DNA from: Haliotis cracherodii
Taxonomy: Eukaryota
Length of the DNA: 64,000 nucleotides
NCBI RefSeq assembly: GCF_022045235.1
Contig: NW_027266286.1
Span: forward strand, 70,494,001-70,558,000
Reading direction: 5' to 3'
Part shown: piece after piece, positions 14,153 through 27,695 of the stretch
How positions within the stretch are numbered: position 1 is the first letter of the stretch
Layout of the letters: every line of letters starts with the position of its first letter
Notes under the pieces: generated by a model
What the model saw: only the letters and a program-made list of their open reading frames with translations
Told to the model about the DNA's origin: nothing
Database searches by the model: none
Position numbers and translations under genes: made by a program

Positions 14153-16609
14153 TTATTGTTTCAAATTTGCAATCTGTCTCAGATGTTTCCACAACGCTGT
14201 CTGATCCTCAGGGTACTCGTCCACGTGTATTATAAATTCCTCCTCAACCATGTTTAACAGACACTGAGGAAGGTCCTCTTCTTCAATGTCACCCACCAGT
14301 AGGATCAATATCCGGTTAGGAATGAGGGCATTCATGGAGTATATTGCTGCATTGATGGTGAAATGTGACCAGGCAGAGGGGTCGTCAAGGAAATCATGTG
14401 ATACAACAAGAACGGTCTTCCAACTTTTGTTAATACCTTCTATAATTCCGTCAGCAATGTCATGACCCGGAAGTACTTCACGATCTTTTAAGAAGAGACG
14501 CACAGGGTGATTACAAAGCTCCAATGCAGGCCGAAGTTTCCGATAGACAAAAGGAATGTCAGCTTCACAATATCCAATGTAGAGGGTGAAAGGAAAGTCT
14601 TTTCGAGTAAGATACTTGACGCCAAACCCAAGTATTCCCATGAGAATATTTTTTAATCTAGTTGGGTTTTTGGAGATAAGGTAAATTATTAAAATAGACG
14701 TCAGGAAGGCAGTCAGGCATGTGACTGTAAGAGTTAGAATCCATTTACCAGTGCAGTGACGGTAGATGCTCATGTAATCCCTGACAACCTCAACAGTTCT
14801 TGTCATTTGTCCATTGTCCTGAATACAAGGGAAATTCCTGTCAGACTCATAAATTACTGGTGAGTCCATCAACCACAGGATAAAGTCCAGATTTTCACAG
14901 CCACAAGAAAATATGTTGCCTTGAACTGTGACTTTCAGACTGTTTCTTTCAGCTGAGAAATCCAAGTCAGATTGTGTATACTTATCCAAATACCCTATCA
15001 TATTAAATGACATGTTCAGAAGCGTAAGACTTGGAAAAGTAGTTGTCACAATGGGAATGGTATCAAATCTGTTTTGCGAAAGGTTAAGATGAATGATTCT
15101 ATTTTGATTTAGGATGAACGGGAAAAATTGTAGGCCATTCGACGAAAGATCCAAATATTCAACCACTTTAAGAGCGCCAAACATATTCCGAGCCTTCAAC
15201 ACATCATTGGCAAATTGTAAGTTGCAATCTTTCAAAGATAACGTTTTGACGTTTGAAAATGACTTTAAAAATTCTTCAGTAACATTGCCCAGTTTGTTTC
15301 CAGATAAATCAACACGCCTTACATTTTCTAACCCTTTCACACGAACGCGTTTATGTTGTTGGTTGTATCCCAAAAGCAATGTGTCAAGATGTTCTGTGTT
15401 TGTAAATGTGATTTCATTATATGTATATGAAAACACGAATGTCCCCGTTGCATCAAAATATTGAAGTTTTGGGGGTAGCATCAGAGTCATATTCCCCGCT
15501 TTTCTCCCATCTCTTTTTGCCCGTATGCTGTTAGCCCCCTCATCACCATGATGTTGATAACTTAAGTCCAGATATCTTAGTCTTTGGAACACAGCAACAA
15601 TTAACATAAAATATGGATCTCCAAGCAGACGGTTTTCTGAACCATCAATCACTTCCAAACAATCACGAATGGGAGACTTGTTTAAAGAACCTGTTTCAAT
15701 TAAACATATCCGGTTCCCTTTCAAGGACAACTCTGAAACACATATCTGAGTCAAAAAGCGTGTGCTGTGTTCTGTAAGCATGCGATCTTCCACGTCTTCC
15801 TTTAAGCGAGCTTGGGTTTTTAATGTACTGTTCAACCATATTCTTGTCATGTTCCTTCCAACAAGAGGATAAAGTAGATGTAAAACCCTTTGTATACCGA
15901 TGGCATTGTTGGTTAGTTCCAGATGTTTCAAGAAGGGCAACGGCTCAAGAACACCAGTCTCACAAAATCGTAAATGATTACAATGATTAAGAAGAAGTAC
16001 CTCAAGTTTTGTTTCATTTAAACCTTGAAATGTTTCATTTGTTAATTTTGTTAAAGAACATTTATTACCATCCATCTTGAGAACTTTGAGATTTGTCAGT
16101 TTGGAGAATCCAGACCCAAAGACAGCATCTGGAACGGGGTCAATGTACAGGCTGTGGAGCTTGGTGAGGGGAGCTAACACCAAATCTGGATATGCTTTCA
16201 TCTTGTTATTCTCAAGATTGAGTGAGTGCAGATTTCCAAGTTCACGGAAAAGTCCTTCGGGTAAGGAGTTGTTGTGTGAGAGTGTGTTACTTGCAAGAAG
16301 GAGAGTGGTCAGACTGTGTACGCCAAAGAAGGCATCACGCTCCATAGTGATAAGTGAGTTATTGTTCAGGTTTATGTACTTAAGACAGCTAAAGTTTTGA
16401 AATGTCATATTTCTAACAACTGTAATCTGGTTCTCACTGATGTCAAGTGAGGTTGTGTTCCGTGGAAGGTCGTCAGGAACATGCAGGAGTTGTCTCCCTG
16501 TACAGTCAACAAACAGCCCGCTATATTGGTCATGGAAAGTACAGACGTAAGTATTCACCTTTGAGATCCTTACTGCAACCATTATGAGAATTCCGATGAC
16601 CGCTGCCAT
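14153..16609 (-). CDS. TLR: Toll-like receptor TLR-A, 818 aa (signal peptide, LRRs, single LRR-CT, TM, TIR)
   Basis: Hydrophobic N-terminus; LRR-NT (CTFH...VDCTGRQLLHVP); many LxxLxLxxN repeats; LRR-CT GNIFSCGC...FPC...C; TM WILTLTVTCLTAFLTSILIIYLI; TIR with BB loop LFLKDREVLPG and SWKTVLVVS. Splice acceptor (AG at 16615-16616) 5 nt before the ATG. Confidence 0.95.
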   Translation of the reverse strand: MAAVIGILIMVAVRISKVNTYVCTFHDQYSGLFVDCTGRQLLHVPDDLPRNTTSLDISENQITVVRNMTFQNFSCLKYINLNNNSLITMERDAFFGVHSLTTLLLASNTLSHNNSLPEGLFRELGNLHSLNLENNKMKAYPDLVLAPLTKLHSLYIDPVPDAVFGSGFSKLTNLKVLKMDGNKCSLTKLTNETFQGLNETKLEVLLLNHCNHLRFCETGVLEPLPFLKHLELTNNAIGIQRVLHLLYPLVGRNMTRIWLNSTLKTQARLKEDVEDRMLTEHSTRFLTQICVSELSLKGNRICLIETGSLNKSPIRDCLEVIDGSENRLLGDPYFMLIVAVFQRLRYLDLSYQHHGDEGANSIRAKRDGRKAGNMTLMLPPKLQYFDATGTFVFSYTYNEITFTNTEHLDTLLLGYNQQHKRVRVKGLENVRRVDLSGNKLGNVTEEFLKSFSNVKTLSLKDCNLQFANDVLKARNMFGALKVVEYLDLSSNGLQFFPFILNQNRIIHLNLSQNRFDTIPIVTTTFPSLTLLNMSFNMIGYLDKYTQSDLDFSAERNSLKVTVQGNIFSCGCENLDFILWLMDSPVIYESDRNFPCIQDNGQMTRTVEVVRDYMSIYRHCTGKWILTLTVTCLTAFLTSILIIYLISKNPTRLKNILMGILGFGVKYLTRKDFPFTLYIGYCEADIPFVYRKLRPALELCNHPVRLFLKDREVLPGHDIADGIIEGINKSWKTVLVVSHDFLDDPSAWSHFTINAAIYSMNALIPNRILILLVGDIEEEDLPQCLLNMVEEEFIIHVDEYPEDQTALWKHLRQIANLKQ

Positions 16610-17339
16610 AATGACTGGAAAAGAAGAAAAGAAGATTCAATGACATATCATCAACGGTTATAATGAAAGCATCTAAGACTTCCATCCTTTGATAGTTATA
16701 CAGGGATTGATGCACTATTGAAAATAGCTTTTTATAATTTGAAAAATCATAACAAAAAGTCCCAATCCTAATAGTCAAACTTGAAAACATCACAAATTTG
16801 TCTGAAAATTATAATTTGTGGACAAATATACAGTGTATCTACTCCAATTATTGACATTGTCCCTTAGCAAACATGTTTGTCGCTTTCATCGGTTTTATAT
16901 TGGCAATATCATATCCTTGGGTGCTCGCACGTGCACGGTTAAGTCAGACTGTTGCTCTCTGGGTACATTCATAGTAATTATACGTTTTGATGTGAGGGGT
17001 CTTATGATATCATTGAAATTATCTTTAACCATTGTCATTGCAACAAACATTCCTATTCTGGAAAAAGGATATTTTGTTTTTGTAACTATAGCTAAGGTTG
17101 AGTGCATCAGATGCCCTAAAGAAACACAGCGTATTACTTGATATTCTTAAAAAAAAAGACATACCAAAAAATGTTAAAAGACCAGTCCTTGTTTTAGCCC
17201 CTCAATGCCGAGCGCCAGACAGGGTAACAACAAGTACCATCTTTTAACGTCTTTGGGTATGACGCGGCCGGGGATCGAACCCCGGACCTTCCGCTCTCCG
17301 CTCTACCACTAGACCACGGAGGTGTTCGATGGTGAGATG

Positions 17340-19055
17340 TATCTTTTGCACACAAATGATAACGTTTATTTTACTCTTAAAGACATGTTCGGTTTAAACC
17401 AACGTTATTCGTGACAACATATTGTTTAAAAAACCTTTATCGATAGTCATCGCCATCTCTGTCAACAAACAACATTAAGCAGGAGGAGATTTGAAAGTTC
17501 ATCAGATAACACGGCTCCTGTCCAAAGGACACAAGTACTCACAAATGAGGTAGGAATATCAGGGAAGGACTCTTCCCGTTTCTCGTAGATGCAAGATCAG
17601 AAGGAAAGAAAGCGTATTTATCTTACGATAAACTTGTTATTTCCGACAAAGCTTATGTTTTAGCTGTTTTAAGGATGGAAACAGGCGTAGTGTTCCGGGG
17701 TATCCTCCCACAGGTGAGGGGGGTCACACGGCGGAGCGGGACACCCGGCCAACATCACCACGTGACGGGCAGTATGACAGCTTGGACTCGGCAGTGAACA
17801 ACATGACCTTAAAGGGAAGTTAGATTCTGATTCAAGCTTATTATTAATCTGTTCCTTGAACATTAACGGGCTGCTCGCAATTTAAAATTTTCTTTCTTGC
17901 TGAAACAATGCAACAAGATATTGACCATATAAAATATTTATTTAAAGATTATACATGCTTTTCCAGCAAAAACAGGAAAGTTCTTTGGTCGTTGTTCAGG
18001 AGGAATCGCTCTGTATGTGCGCAAGACCTATGTCCTGTACATGACAAGAATCCACATTAACTAGGATAACTGTGTGTTTGTGAGGCTTGAGTCTGATGTG
18101 AAACCTGTCAGTCTGGGTGGAATGTATGTGCTTCCGGAAGGGTCCCCGCTATACCGCGATCTGGCGGGAGACGACGGAATTGATCAACTTCAGACTGTGA
18201 TAGCTTGTACTAAGTCTGAGTATGGCACAGACATTGACAGGGTTCTATATGGGTCATTAATACACTGCATCCCAGAATGATTTCATTTTAAAAAATGTAA
18301 GTGATATTGAATTGCTGGATCTAGGAGAGATGTATGAAACAGATATGTTCTGTGAAGGAAGGAAATCACAAGATGAGAAAATAAATAAGTTTGGTTTGTC
18401 ATTATTAAATATGTGTAAACAGTTGGGAATTCATATTGTGAATGGAAAGAAACCGGGTATCTTGGAAGGCTGTTTTACTCACATAGGCCCTATGGGACTA
18501 GTTTGATAGACTATTTTCTTGTATCTAGAAACAATTGTAATGCTATCAAAGATTTATATGTACACAGCAGAACGCAGTCTGACAACGTGCCCGTTTCCTG
18601 TCAATTGTTACATTCTATTAGTCAGCCGCCGACCAGGAAACATTAATTACAATGAAAGTTCCCAGATATGTGTGGTCCGAGGATGGATATAAGTTCAATT
18701 TAGACAATATCTCTTCTCCCCCAGCAAAAGCAATCATTAACAGCTTTCTTGATTTTCTCGTTAATGTAAACGAGGCTGCTGACAAACTGTCTACTTTATT
18801 TCAGATCATTGGTGCGCACATGGAAAAGACGCCGCCTAATTTTAAGCGAAAAAAAGCGAATTAAATATTCATCGATTACATATTCTTCGAAAATAAAAAA
18901 GCGAAAACAAACCTGGAAGTTATTTAGAGGCCCAAAGAGATTTTAAAAAGAAATGTGAGGAAAGACTTCTAACAATAAAGAAACGACAGATTGCATGAAC
19001 ACGACAGTTGGTGGTAGAAATTGTCGCGCTTTTTCCAAGAGATATTTGTCAATCA
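17340..19055 (+). mobile_element. Decayed APE-type non-LTR retrotransposon (end of ORF1 plus endonuclease), 3' truncated
   Basis: ORF1-type DARSEGKKAYLSYDKLVI; endonuclease motifs SGGIALYVRK, DEKINKFGLSLLNMCK..IHIVNG and LIDYFLVS; stops and frameshifts. Its 3' part is also at 1-105. Confidence 0.8.
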
Positions 19056-19059
19056 GTAA

Positions 19060-20443
19060 TAAAGCATCATCTAATGCCTGGTCACTTAAAGCATTGTCAT
19101 TTTTTTATTCCATTAATGTAAATGCATGGGTTTTCTTCTGTTAAAGCGAGAGTGACAATTAAATCAATAAAACGGGAATTTCAATTAACTGTGTACCATA
19201 TTCACCTTGATTCACATTCTTTTCGATGTTCTTGACCGTGGAATGGGTTCTTTTGATGTGAGATTCATATGTCCAGAAATATAGGCTTTGCAATAAATTT
19301 AGCTAAAGTTACAAGTTTTTCAGTTGAAGAGTGTTAGGCAGGCAGCCTTTATTTCAATACCGGAAGTAGTATAATCCAAACCGTAAGTACAAATATCAAA
19401 GTTACAAAGTAAGCCACAGCTATAATGCTATAACCCGGATGTTAGATAGTTCAAACACTTAAGCTTTGTTGCACAACGAGATCCAACCATGAGTCATTCA
19501 AGTTTATAATAAGGACTTGTTTTCTGAAACCATAAGTGACATAATGCAAAAACATGAAGAACTAATAAGTTTGTTACAAACCGAACTAGAACTATGGGGC
19601 TTTGTGGTTTTTAATTCCAATTAAACATTCTGTGTCAAACCGGAAGTGAGGATATATTAATTTTCTGGTTCTAAGTGCCCTGGCAGAAGGTATCTGTTGA
19701 CATTCTTTGATAAGACTAGACGTAGTTACTCCTTAAAGCTATCTAAGCGAGCTAAATGTTGTGGAACATGCGAATTGGCACATATCTCAACCTTGATAAA
19801 GCAGTGAGAATGGATGTCGTTGGAGCCCGACATATTTGTTTTCAATTTTATGAATGAAAGCTTCGTTCTTAATCTAAATTTTTATTAGAAATCTCAATCA
19901 AATTCCACTGCAACAACACATCCTACCAAAATATCAGCTACCTGGATATATCAATTTCTGAGACTTCTAAATATTTTCAATATAATTATGTTGGGGTTTT
20001 CATATTTTAAACATATGATCCATTTTAAAACTTATCGTCCAAAGAGACTTCTTATAGTTTCCGTTCCCCTGGTTTTGTAGTTTGTGAGAAGAAGATACTT
20101 AAAGATATTACTGTTTGAATATCATTTTTGGTTTTCTTTTGATGTTGTTATTTTATTGGTATGTACATATCTGATGCGAAACATATATCAATGTTTCTAA
20201 ATTTCTTGCGGTTTCTTGGCAAGGATTCTTTAAAACATAATTTGACTTTGTTTTCATTTATAAACAAAACACTTAAAATATTCTGGAACGCTTTCGGTAC
20301 ATTTCTGTCAGATACAGTTATATTGGGAATCAAATGGTCACACCTGTGACCTAGCAGATCATGTACCACCGTACCCTAATGTCGTGGGTCTCTGCTCATA
20401 CTTCAATCATTGGTTTATTTACTTGGTTCGATTATCCTTTTAC
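19060..20443 (-). pseudogene. Duplicate of the decayed LRR/TLR-like relic
   Basis: Paralog of 110-1680 with internal deletions; acceptor AG at 20443-20444. Confidence 0.33.
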
Positions 20444-21404
20444 TGTAAAGCGACGACAAAGAACAGTAACTGTATGTAAAATTTAACCAGTGTTGGTTGT
20501 GACATCGTTCCCGGGCGTCGTTCAGCAACTAACAAACTGAACTGACTAAACTTTGCTCACTGGACTTCGATAAGGTGTTAATTAGGTGTTGATGCGACAC
20601 ATCAATAGGTCGTTTCTGCATTTGCTGTTTGTTCTTGTTTAACGTCGCAATGAGAAATATTCCAGCTGTCTGAAGGCCGTATGTAAATAATCGTGTCTCG
20701 ATGAGACAATCCAGCGATTGAAATATAGTAAACCTTTTGTGCACAATGTGTTTACTAGTTGGGACTAGCATATACTTTCGTTTCAGGCGAATTTTGACCT
20801 TGAGTCGACAGTTGCAGCATAACAGTTTCACAAAGTCAAAAATGCCGACATGGGCAATCAAATTAAAAGTAAGCGAAAAAGTAGGCTTTAGCATATGGTT
20901 GCCATGGACACCACACTTGCATTCGAAATGGTCCTACACCATGTGACTAGAAAGTAACGGAACAGGTTCAGGCAGGTCCTGTCCAGACTGTCCACGGACC
21001 TCGAGGCAGCGTAATGTACGTCAATTACCCCTTCGCTTGTCAAAGCCAAAACAGACATTGCTTAGGCCATTGAGGCAAGGGCTGGGGATTTACCCCCCGC
21101 TCAACCCGGGGTCTATTTCTGGGGGAAATAAGGTACGTGACCCTGAGACCCCCAGAAACCAGACTTTAACCTTTGCAGTGGAAAGACAGTTGACCATGCT
21201 TACGCATATCTTCTCTGATATTGCTTGACTGAAATGTTACATGCAGATTCCGTCTCATGAAAAACGTTTTTCTGTTAAATATTTTCAAAATATCAAATTT
21301 TGCAAAACAATTTAAGATCTTCTTCTTTAGAACCAAAAAAACCGCAGAAGCTGAACTTTGTGATAATGACTACAAGTCGACCAAGGTTTCTTCAAGGCAA
21401 TAAA

Positions 21405-24400
21405 CACGTATCTCATCCACGGCCATATCAAGACTATAATAGACTGTGGTCACTCATATATATGTATCTTACCCATGAACATACCGAGACTGTAATAAAC
21501 TGTGGTCACGCATATACACGTATCTTACCCATGAACATATCTAGACTGTAATAAACTGTGGTCACTCATATACATGTATCTCACCCATGAACATATCTAG
21601 ACTATAATAGACTGTCGTCACTCATATACACGTATCTTACCCATGAACATATCTAGACCATAGTAAACTGTGATTACTCATATACATCTATCTCACCCAC
21701 GAACATAGCTTGCATGTAATAAACTGTGATAAGTCATGTACATGTATCTCACCGAAGAACATATCTAGACTAAGATCATCTGTGGTCACTCATATACATG
21801 TATCTCACCCATGAACATATCTAGACCATAATAAACTGTGGTCACTTATCAACATCTATCTCACCCAAGAACATATCTAGACTGTAATAAACTGTGATCA
21901 CTCATATACATGTATCTCACCCATGAACATATCTAGACTATAATAAACTGTGATCACTCATGTACATGTATCTCACCCATGCACATATCTAGACTGTAAT
22001 AAACTATACTCGCACATATACATGTATCTCACCAATGAACATATCTAGACTGTAATAAATTGTGGTCACAAATATACATGTATCTCACCTATGAACATAT
22101 CTAGAGTGTAATAAACTGTGATCACTTAAATACATGTATCTCACCCATTAACATATCTAGACTATAATAAACAGTGATCACTCATATACATGTATCTAAA
22201 CCGTGAACATATCTAGACTATAATCAACTGTGGTCACAAATATACATGTATCTCACCCATGAACATGTCTAGACTATAATAAACTGTGATCACAAATATA
22301 CATGTATCTCACCAATGAACATATCTAGACTGTAATAAACTGTGATCACTCATATACATGTATCTCACCCATGAACATATCTAGACTATAATAAACAGTG
22401 ATCACTCATATACATGCATATCACCCATGAACATATCTAGACTGTAATAAACTGTTGCCACTCATATACATGTATCGCACCCATGAACATACCTAGACTG
22501 TAATAAACTCTGGTCACTCATATACATGTATCTCACCCATGAACATATCTAGACTATAATAAACAGTGATCACTCATATACATGTATCTAAACCATGAAC
22601 ATATCTAGACTATAATAAACTGTGATCACAAATATACATGTATCTCACCTATGAACATATCTAGACTGTAATAAACTGTTGCCACTCATATACATGTATC
22701 GCACCCATGAACATACCTAGACTGTAATAAACTCTGGTCACTCATATACATGTTTCTCACCAATGAACATATTTCGACTGTTATAAGCTGTGATAGTCAT
22801 ATACATGTATCTCACCCATGAACATATTTAGACTGTAATAAACTGTGATCACGCATAAACATGCATATCACCCATGAACATATCTAAGCTGTAATAAACT
22901 CTGGTCACTCATATACATGTATCTCACCCATTAACATATCTAGACTATAATAAACAGTGATTACTCATATACATGCATATCACCCATGAACATATCTAGA
23001 CCGTAATAAACTGTGATAACTCATATACATGTATCTCACCCATGAGCATACATGTATCTACACTGTATTAATCTGTGGTCCCAAATATACATGTATCTCT
23101 CCTATACAATATCTAGACTATAATAAACTGTGATCACTCATATACATGTATCGCACCAAAGAACATATCTAGACTGTAATAAACTGTGATCACTCATATA
23201 CATATATCGCAACCATGAACATATCTAGACTGTTATCAACTGTGATCACTTATATACATGTATCTCACCCATGAACATATCTATACTGTAATCAACTGTG
23301 ATCACTTATATACATGTATCTCACCCATGAACATATCTAGACTATAATAAACAATGATCACTCATATACATGTATCTAAACCATGAACATATCTAGACTA
23401 TAATAAACTGTGATCACAAATATACATGTATCGCACCTATGAACATATCTAGACTGTAATAAACTCTGGTCACTCATATACATGTATCTCACCCATGAAC
23501 ATATCTAGACTGTAATAAACAGTGATCACTCATATACATGTATCTCACCTATGAACATATCTAGACTATAATAAACTGCGGTCACAAATATACATGCATC
23601 TCACCTATGAACATATCTACACTGTAATAAACTGTGATCACTCATATACATGTATCTCACCCATGAACATATCTAGACTATAATAAACAGTGATCACTCA
23701 TATACATGTATCTAAACCATGAACATATCTAGACTATAATAAACTGTGATCACAAATATACATGTATCTCACCTATGAACATATCTACACTGTAATAAAC
23801 TGTGATCACTCATATACATGTATCTCACCCATGAACATATCTAGACTATAATAAACAGTGATCACTCATATACATGTATCTAAACCATGAACATATCTAG
23901 ACTATAATAAACTGTGATCACAAATATACATGTATCTCACCTGTGAACATATCTAGACTGTAATAAACTGTGATCACTCATATACATGTATCTCACCCAT
24001 GAAAATATCTAGACTATAATAAACAGTGATCACTCATATACATGTATCTAAACCATGAACATATCTAGACTATAATAAACTGTGATCACAAATATACATG
24101 TATCTCACCTATGAACATATCTAGACTGTAATAAACTCTGGTCACTCATATACATGTTTCTCACCAATGAACATATTTCGACTGTTATAAGCTGTGATAG
24201 TCATATACATGTATCTCACCCTTGAACATATCTAGACTGTAATAAACTGTGATCACGTATAAACATGCATATCACCCATGAACATATCTAGACTGTAATA
24301 AACTCTGGTCACTCATATACATGTATCTCACCCATTAACATATCTAGACTATAATAAACAGTGATCACTCATATACATGCATATCACCCATGAACATATC

Positions 24401-27400
24401 TAGACCGTAATAAACTGTGATCACTCATATATATGTATCTCACCCATGAACATACATGTATCTACACTGTAATAATCTGTGGTCCCAAATATACATGTAT
24501 CTCTCCTATACAATATCTAGACTGTAATAAACTGTGATCGCTCATATACATATATCGCACCCATGAACATATCTATACTGTAATCAACTGTGATCACTTA
24601 TATACATGTATCTCACCCATGAACATATCTAAACTATAATAAACAGTGATCACTCATATACATGTATCTAAACCATGAACATATCTAGACTATAATAAAC
24701 AGTGATCACAAATATACATGTATCTCACCTATGAACATATCTAGACTATAATAAACTGTGATCACTCATATACATGTATCTCACCCATGAACATATCTAG
24801 ACTATAATAAACTGTGATCACTCATATACATGTATCTAAACCATGAACATATCTAGACTATAATAAACTGTGATCACAAATATACATGTATCTCACCTAT
24901 GAACATATCTAGACTGTAATAAACTGTTGCCACTCATATACATGTATCGCACCCATGAACATACCTAGACTGTAATAAACTCTGGTCACTCATATACATG
25001 TATCTCACCCATGAACATATCTAGACTGTAATAAACAGTGATCACTCATATACATGTATCTCACCTATGAACATATCTAGACTATAATAAACTGTGGTCA
25101 CAAATATACATGTATCTCACCTATGAACATATCTAGACTGTAATAAACTGTGATCACTCATATACATGTATCTCACCCATGAACATATCTAGACTATAAT
25201 AAACAGTGATCACTCATATACATGTATCGCACCAAAGAACATATCTAGACTGTAATAAACTGTGATCGCTCATATACATATATCGCACCCATGAACATAT
25301 CTAGACTGTTATCAACTGTGATCACTCATATACATGTATCTCACCTATGAACATATCTAGACTATAATAAACAGTGATCACTCATATACATGTATCGCAA
25401 CCATGATCATATCTAGACTATAATAAACAGTGATCACTCATATACATGTATCGCAACCATGATCATATCTAGACTATAATAAACTGTGGTCACAAATATA
25501 CATGTATCTCACCTATGAACATATCTAGACTGTAATAAACTGTGATCACTCATATACATGTATCTCACCCATGAACATATCTAGACTATAATAAACAGTG
25601 ATCACTCATATACATGTATCGCAACCATGATCATATCTAGACTATAATAAACTGTGGTCACAAATATACATGTATCTCACCTATGAACATATCTAGACTG
25701 TAATAAACTGTGATCACTCATATACATGTATCTCACCCATGAACATATCTAGACTATAATAAACAGTGATCACTCATATACATGTATCTAAACCATGAAC
25801 ATATCTAGACTATAATAAACTGTGATCACAAATATACATGTATCTCACCTATGAACATATCTAGACTGTAATAAACTGTGATCACTCATATACATGTATC
25901 TCACTCATGAACATATCTAGACTATAATAAACAGTGATCTCTCATATACATGTATCTAAACCATGAACATATCTAGACTATAATAAACTGTGATCACAAA
26001 TATACATGTATCTCACCTATGAACATATCTAGACTGTAATAAACTGTTGCCACTCATATACATGTATCGCACCCATGAACATACCTAGACTGTAATAAAC
26101 TCTGGTCACTCATAAACATGTTTCTCACCAATGAACATATTTCGACTGTTATAAGCTGTGATAGTCATATACATGTATCTCACCCATTAACATATCTAGA
26201 CTATAATAAACAGTGATCACTCATATACATGCATATCACCCATGAACATATCTAGACCGTAATAAACTGTGATAACTCATATACATGTATCTCACCCATG
26301 AACATACATGTATCTACACTGTAATAATCTGTGGTCCCAAATATACATGTATCTCTCCTATACAATATCTAGACAATAATAAACTGTGATCACTCATATA
26401 CATGTATCGCACCAAAGAACATATTTAAACTGTAATAAACTGTGATCACTCATATACATATATCGCACCCATGAACATATCTAGACTGTTATCAACTGTG
26501 ATCACTTATATACATGTATCTCACCCATGAACATATCTATACTGTAATCAACTGTGATCACTTATATACATGTGTCTCACCCACGAACATATCTAGACTG
26601 TAATAAACTGTGGTTACTCATATACATGTATCTCACCCATAAACATAGCTTGCATGTATAAACTGTGATAAGTCATATACATGTATCTCACCCATGAACA
26701 TATCTAGACTATAATAAACTGTGATCACGCATATACATGCATATCACCCATGAACATATCTAGACTGTAATAAACTGTGGTTACTCATATACATGTATCT
26801 CACCCATAAACATAGCTTGCATGTTTAAACTGTGATAAGTCATATACATGTATCTCACCCATGAACATATCTAGACTGTAATAAACTGTGATCACTCAGA
26901 TACATGTATCTCACCAAAGAACATATCTAGACTGTAATAAACTGTGGCCATTAATATACATGTATCTCACCCAAGAACATATTTAGACTACAATAACTGT
27001 GGTCACAAATATACATGTGTCTCACCCATGAATATATCTCGACTATGATAAACTTTGGTCACTCATATACATGTATGTCACCCATGAACATATCTAGACC
27101 ATAATAAACTGTGGTCACTCATATACATCTACCTCACCCATGAACATATCTAGACTGTAATAAACTGTAGTCACTCATATACATGTATCTCTTCCAAGAG
27201 TGAGTGAGTGAGTGAGTATGGTTTTAGGCCGCTTTTAGCAATATTCCAGCAATATCACGGCGGGGGACACCAGAAATAGACTTCACCCAATTGTACCCAT
27301 GTCGGGAATCGAACCCGGGTCCTCGGCGAACGCTTTAAATACTAGGCTACCCGACCGCCCCATCTCACCCAAGAATATATCTGGACTATAATAAACTGTA

Positions 27401-27695
27401 ATCACTCATATATATGTGTCTCACCCATGAACATATCTAGACTGTAATAAACTGTAATCACTCATATATATGTATCTCACCCAAGAACATATCTAGACTG
27501 TAATAAACTGTGGCCACTCATATATATGTATGTAACCATGAACCTATCAAGACTGTAATAAACTGTAGCCACTCATATATATGTATGTAACCATGAACCT
27601 ATCAAGACTATAATCAACTGTCATCATTCATTTTCATGTATCTCACCAAAATACACATCTAGACTATAATGAACTGTACTGATATACATGTATGC
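21405..27695. repeat. 56-bp satellite array 2 (~110 monomers)
   Basis: Same monomer with different dominant variants (TGATCA, CACAAAT, CTAAACC); interrupted by a SINE at 27200. Confidence 0.95.
27200..27361 (-). mobile_element. SINE family A inserted in satellite array 2
   Basis: A/B boxes on the minus strand; TSD-like ATCTCTTCCAAGA / ATCTCACCCAAGA. Confidence 0.88.

Larger units (their letters stand above)
1..16620. repeat. Tandem segmental duplication, copy 1 (continues left of the window)
   Basis: Position 1 aligns to 18940; colinear with indels through satellite, first exon, Tc1 relic and TLR CDS (14153 vs 35713). Confidence 0.9.

Noticed and set aside
16077-16400. Antisense ORF MRTLRFVS... 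conserved in all three TLRs (also 15114-15464 and 36674-36877)
   Set aside because: Shadow frames of the near-identical TLR coding block; the MRTLRFVS ORFs start at TTG and none has a recognisable domain.
2705-27695. 56-bp arrays as CRISPR arrays or coding repeats
   Set aside because: No unique spacers, no cas genes, eukaryotic context; the period is not a multiple of 3 and the ORF track shows no ORFs inside the arrays.
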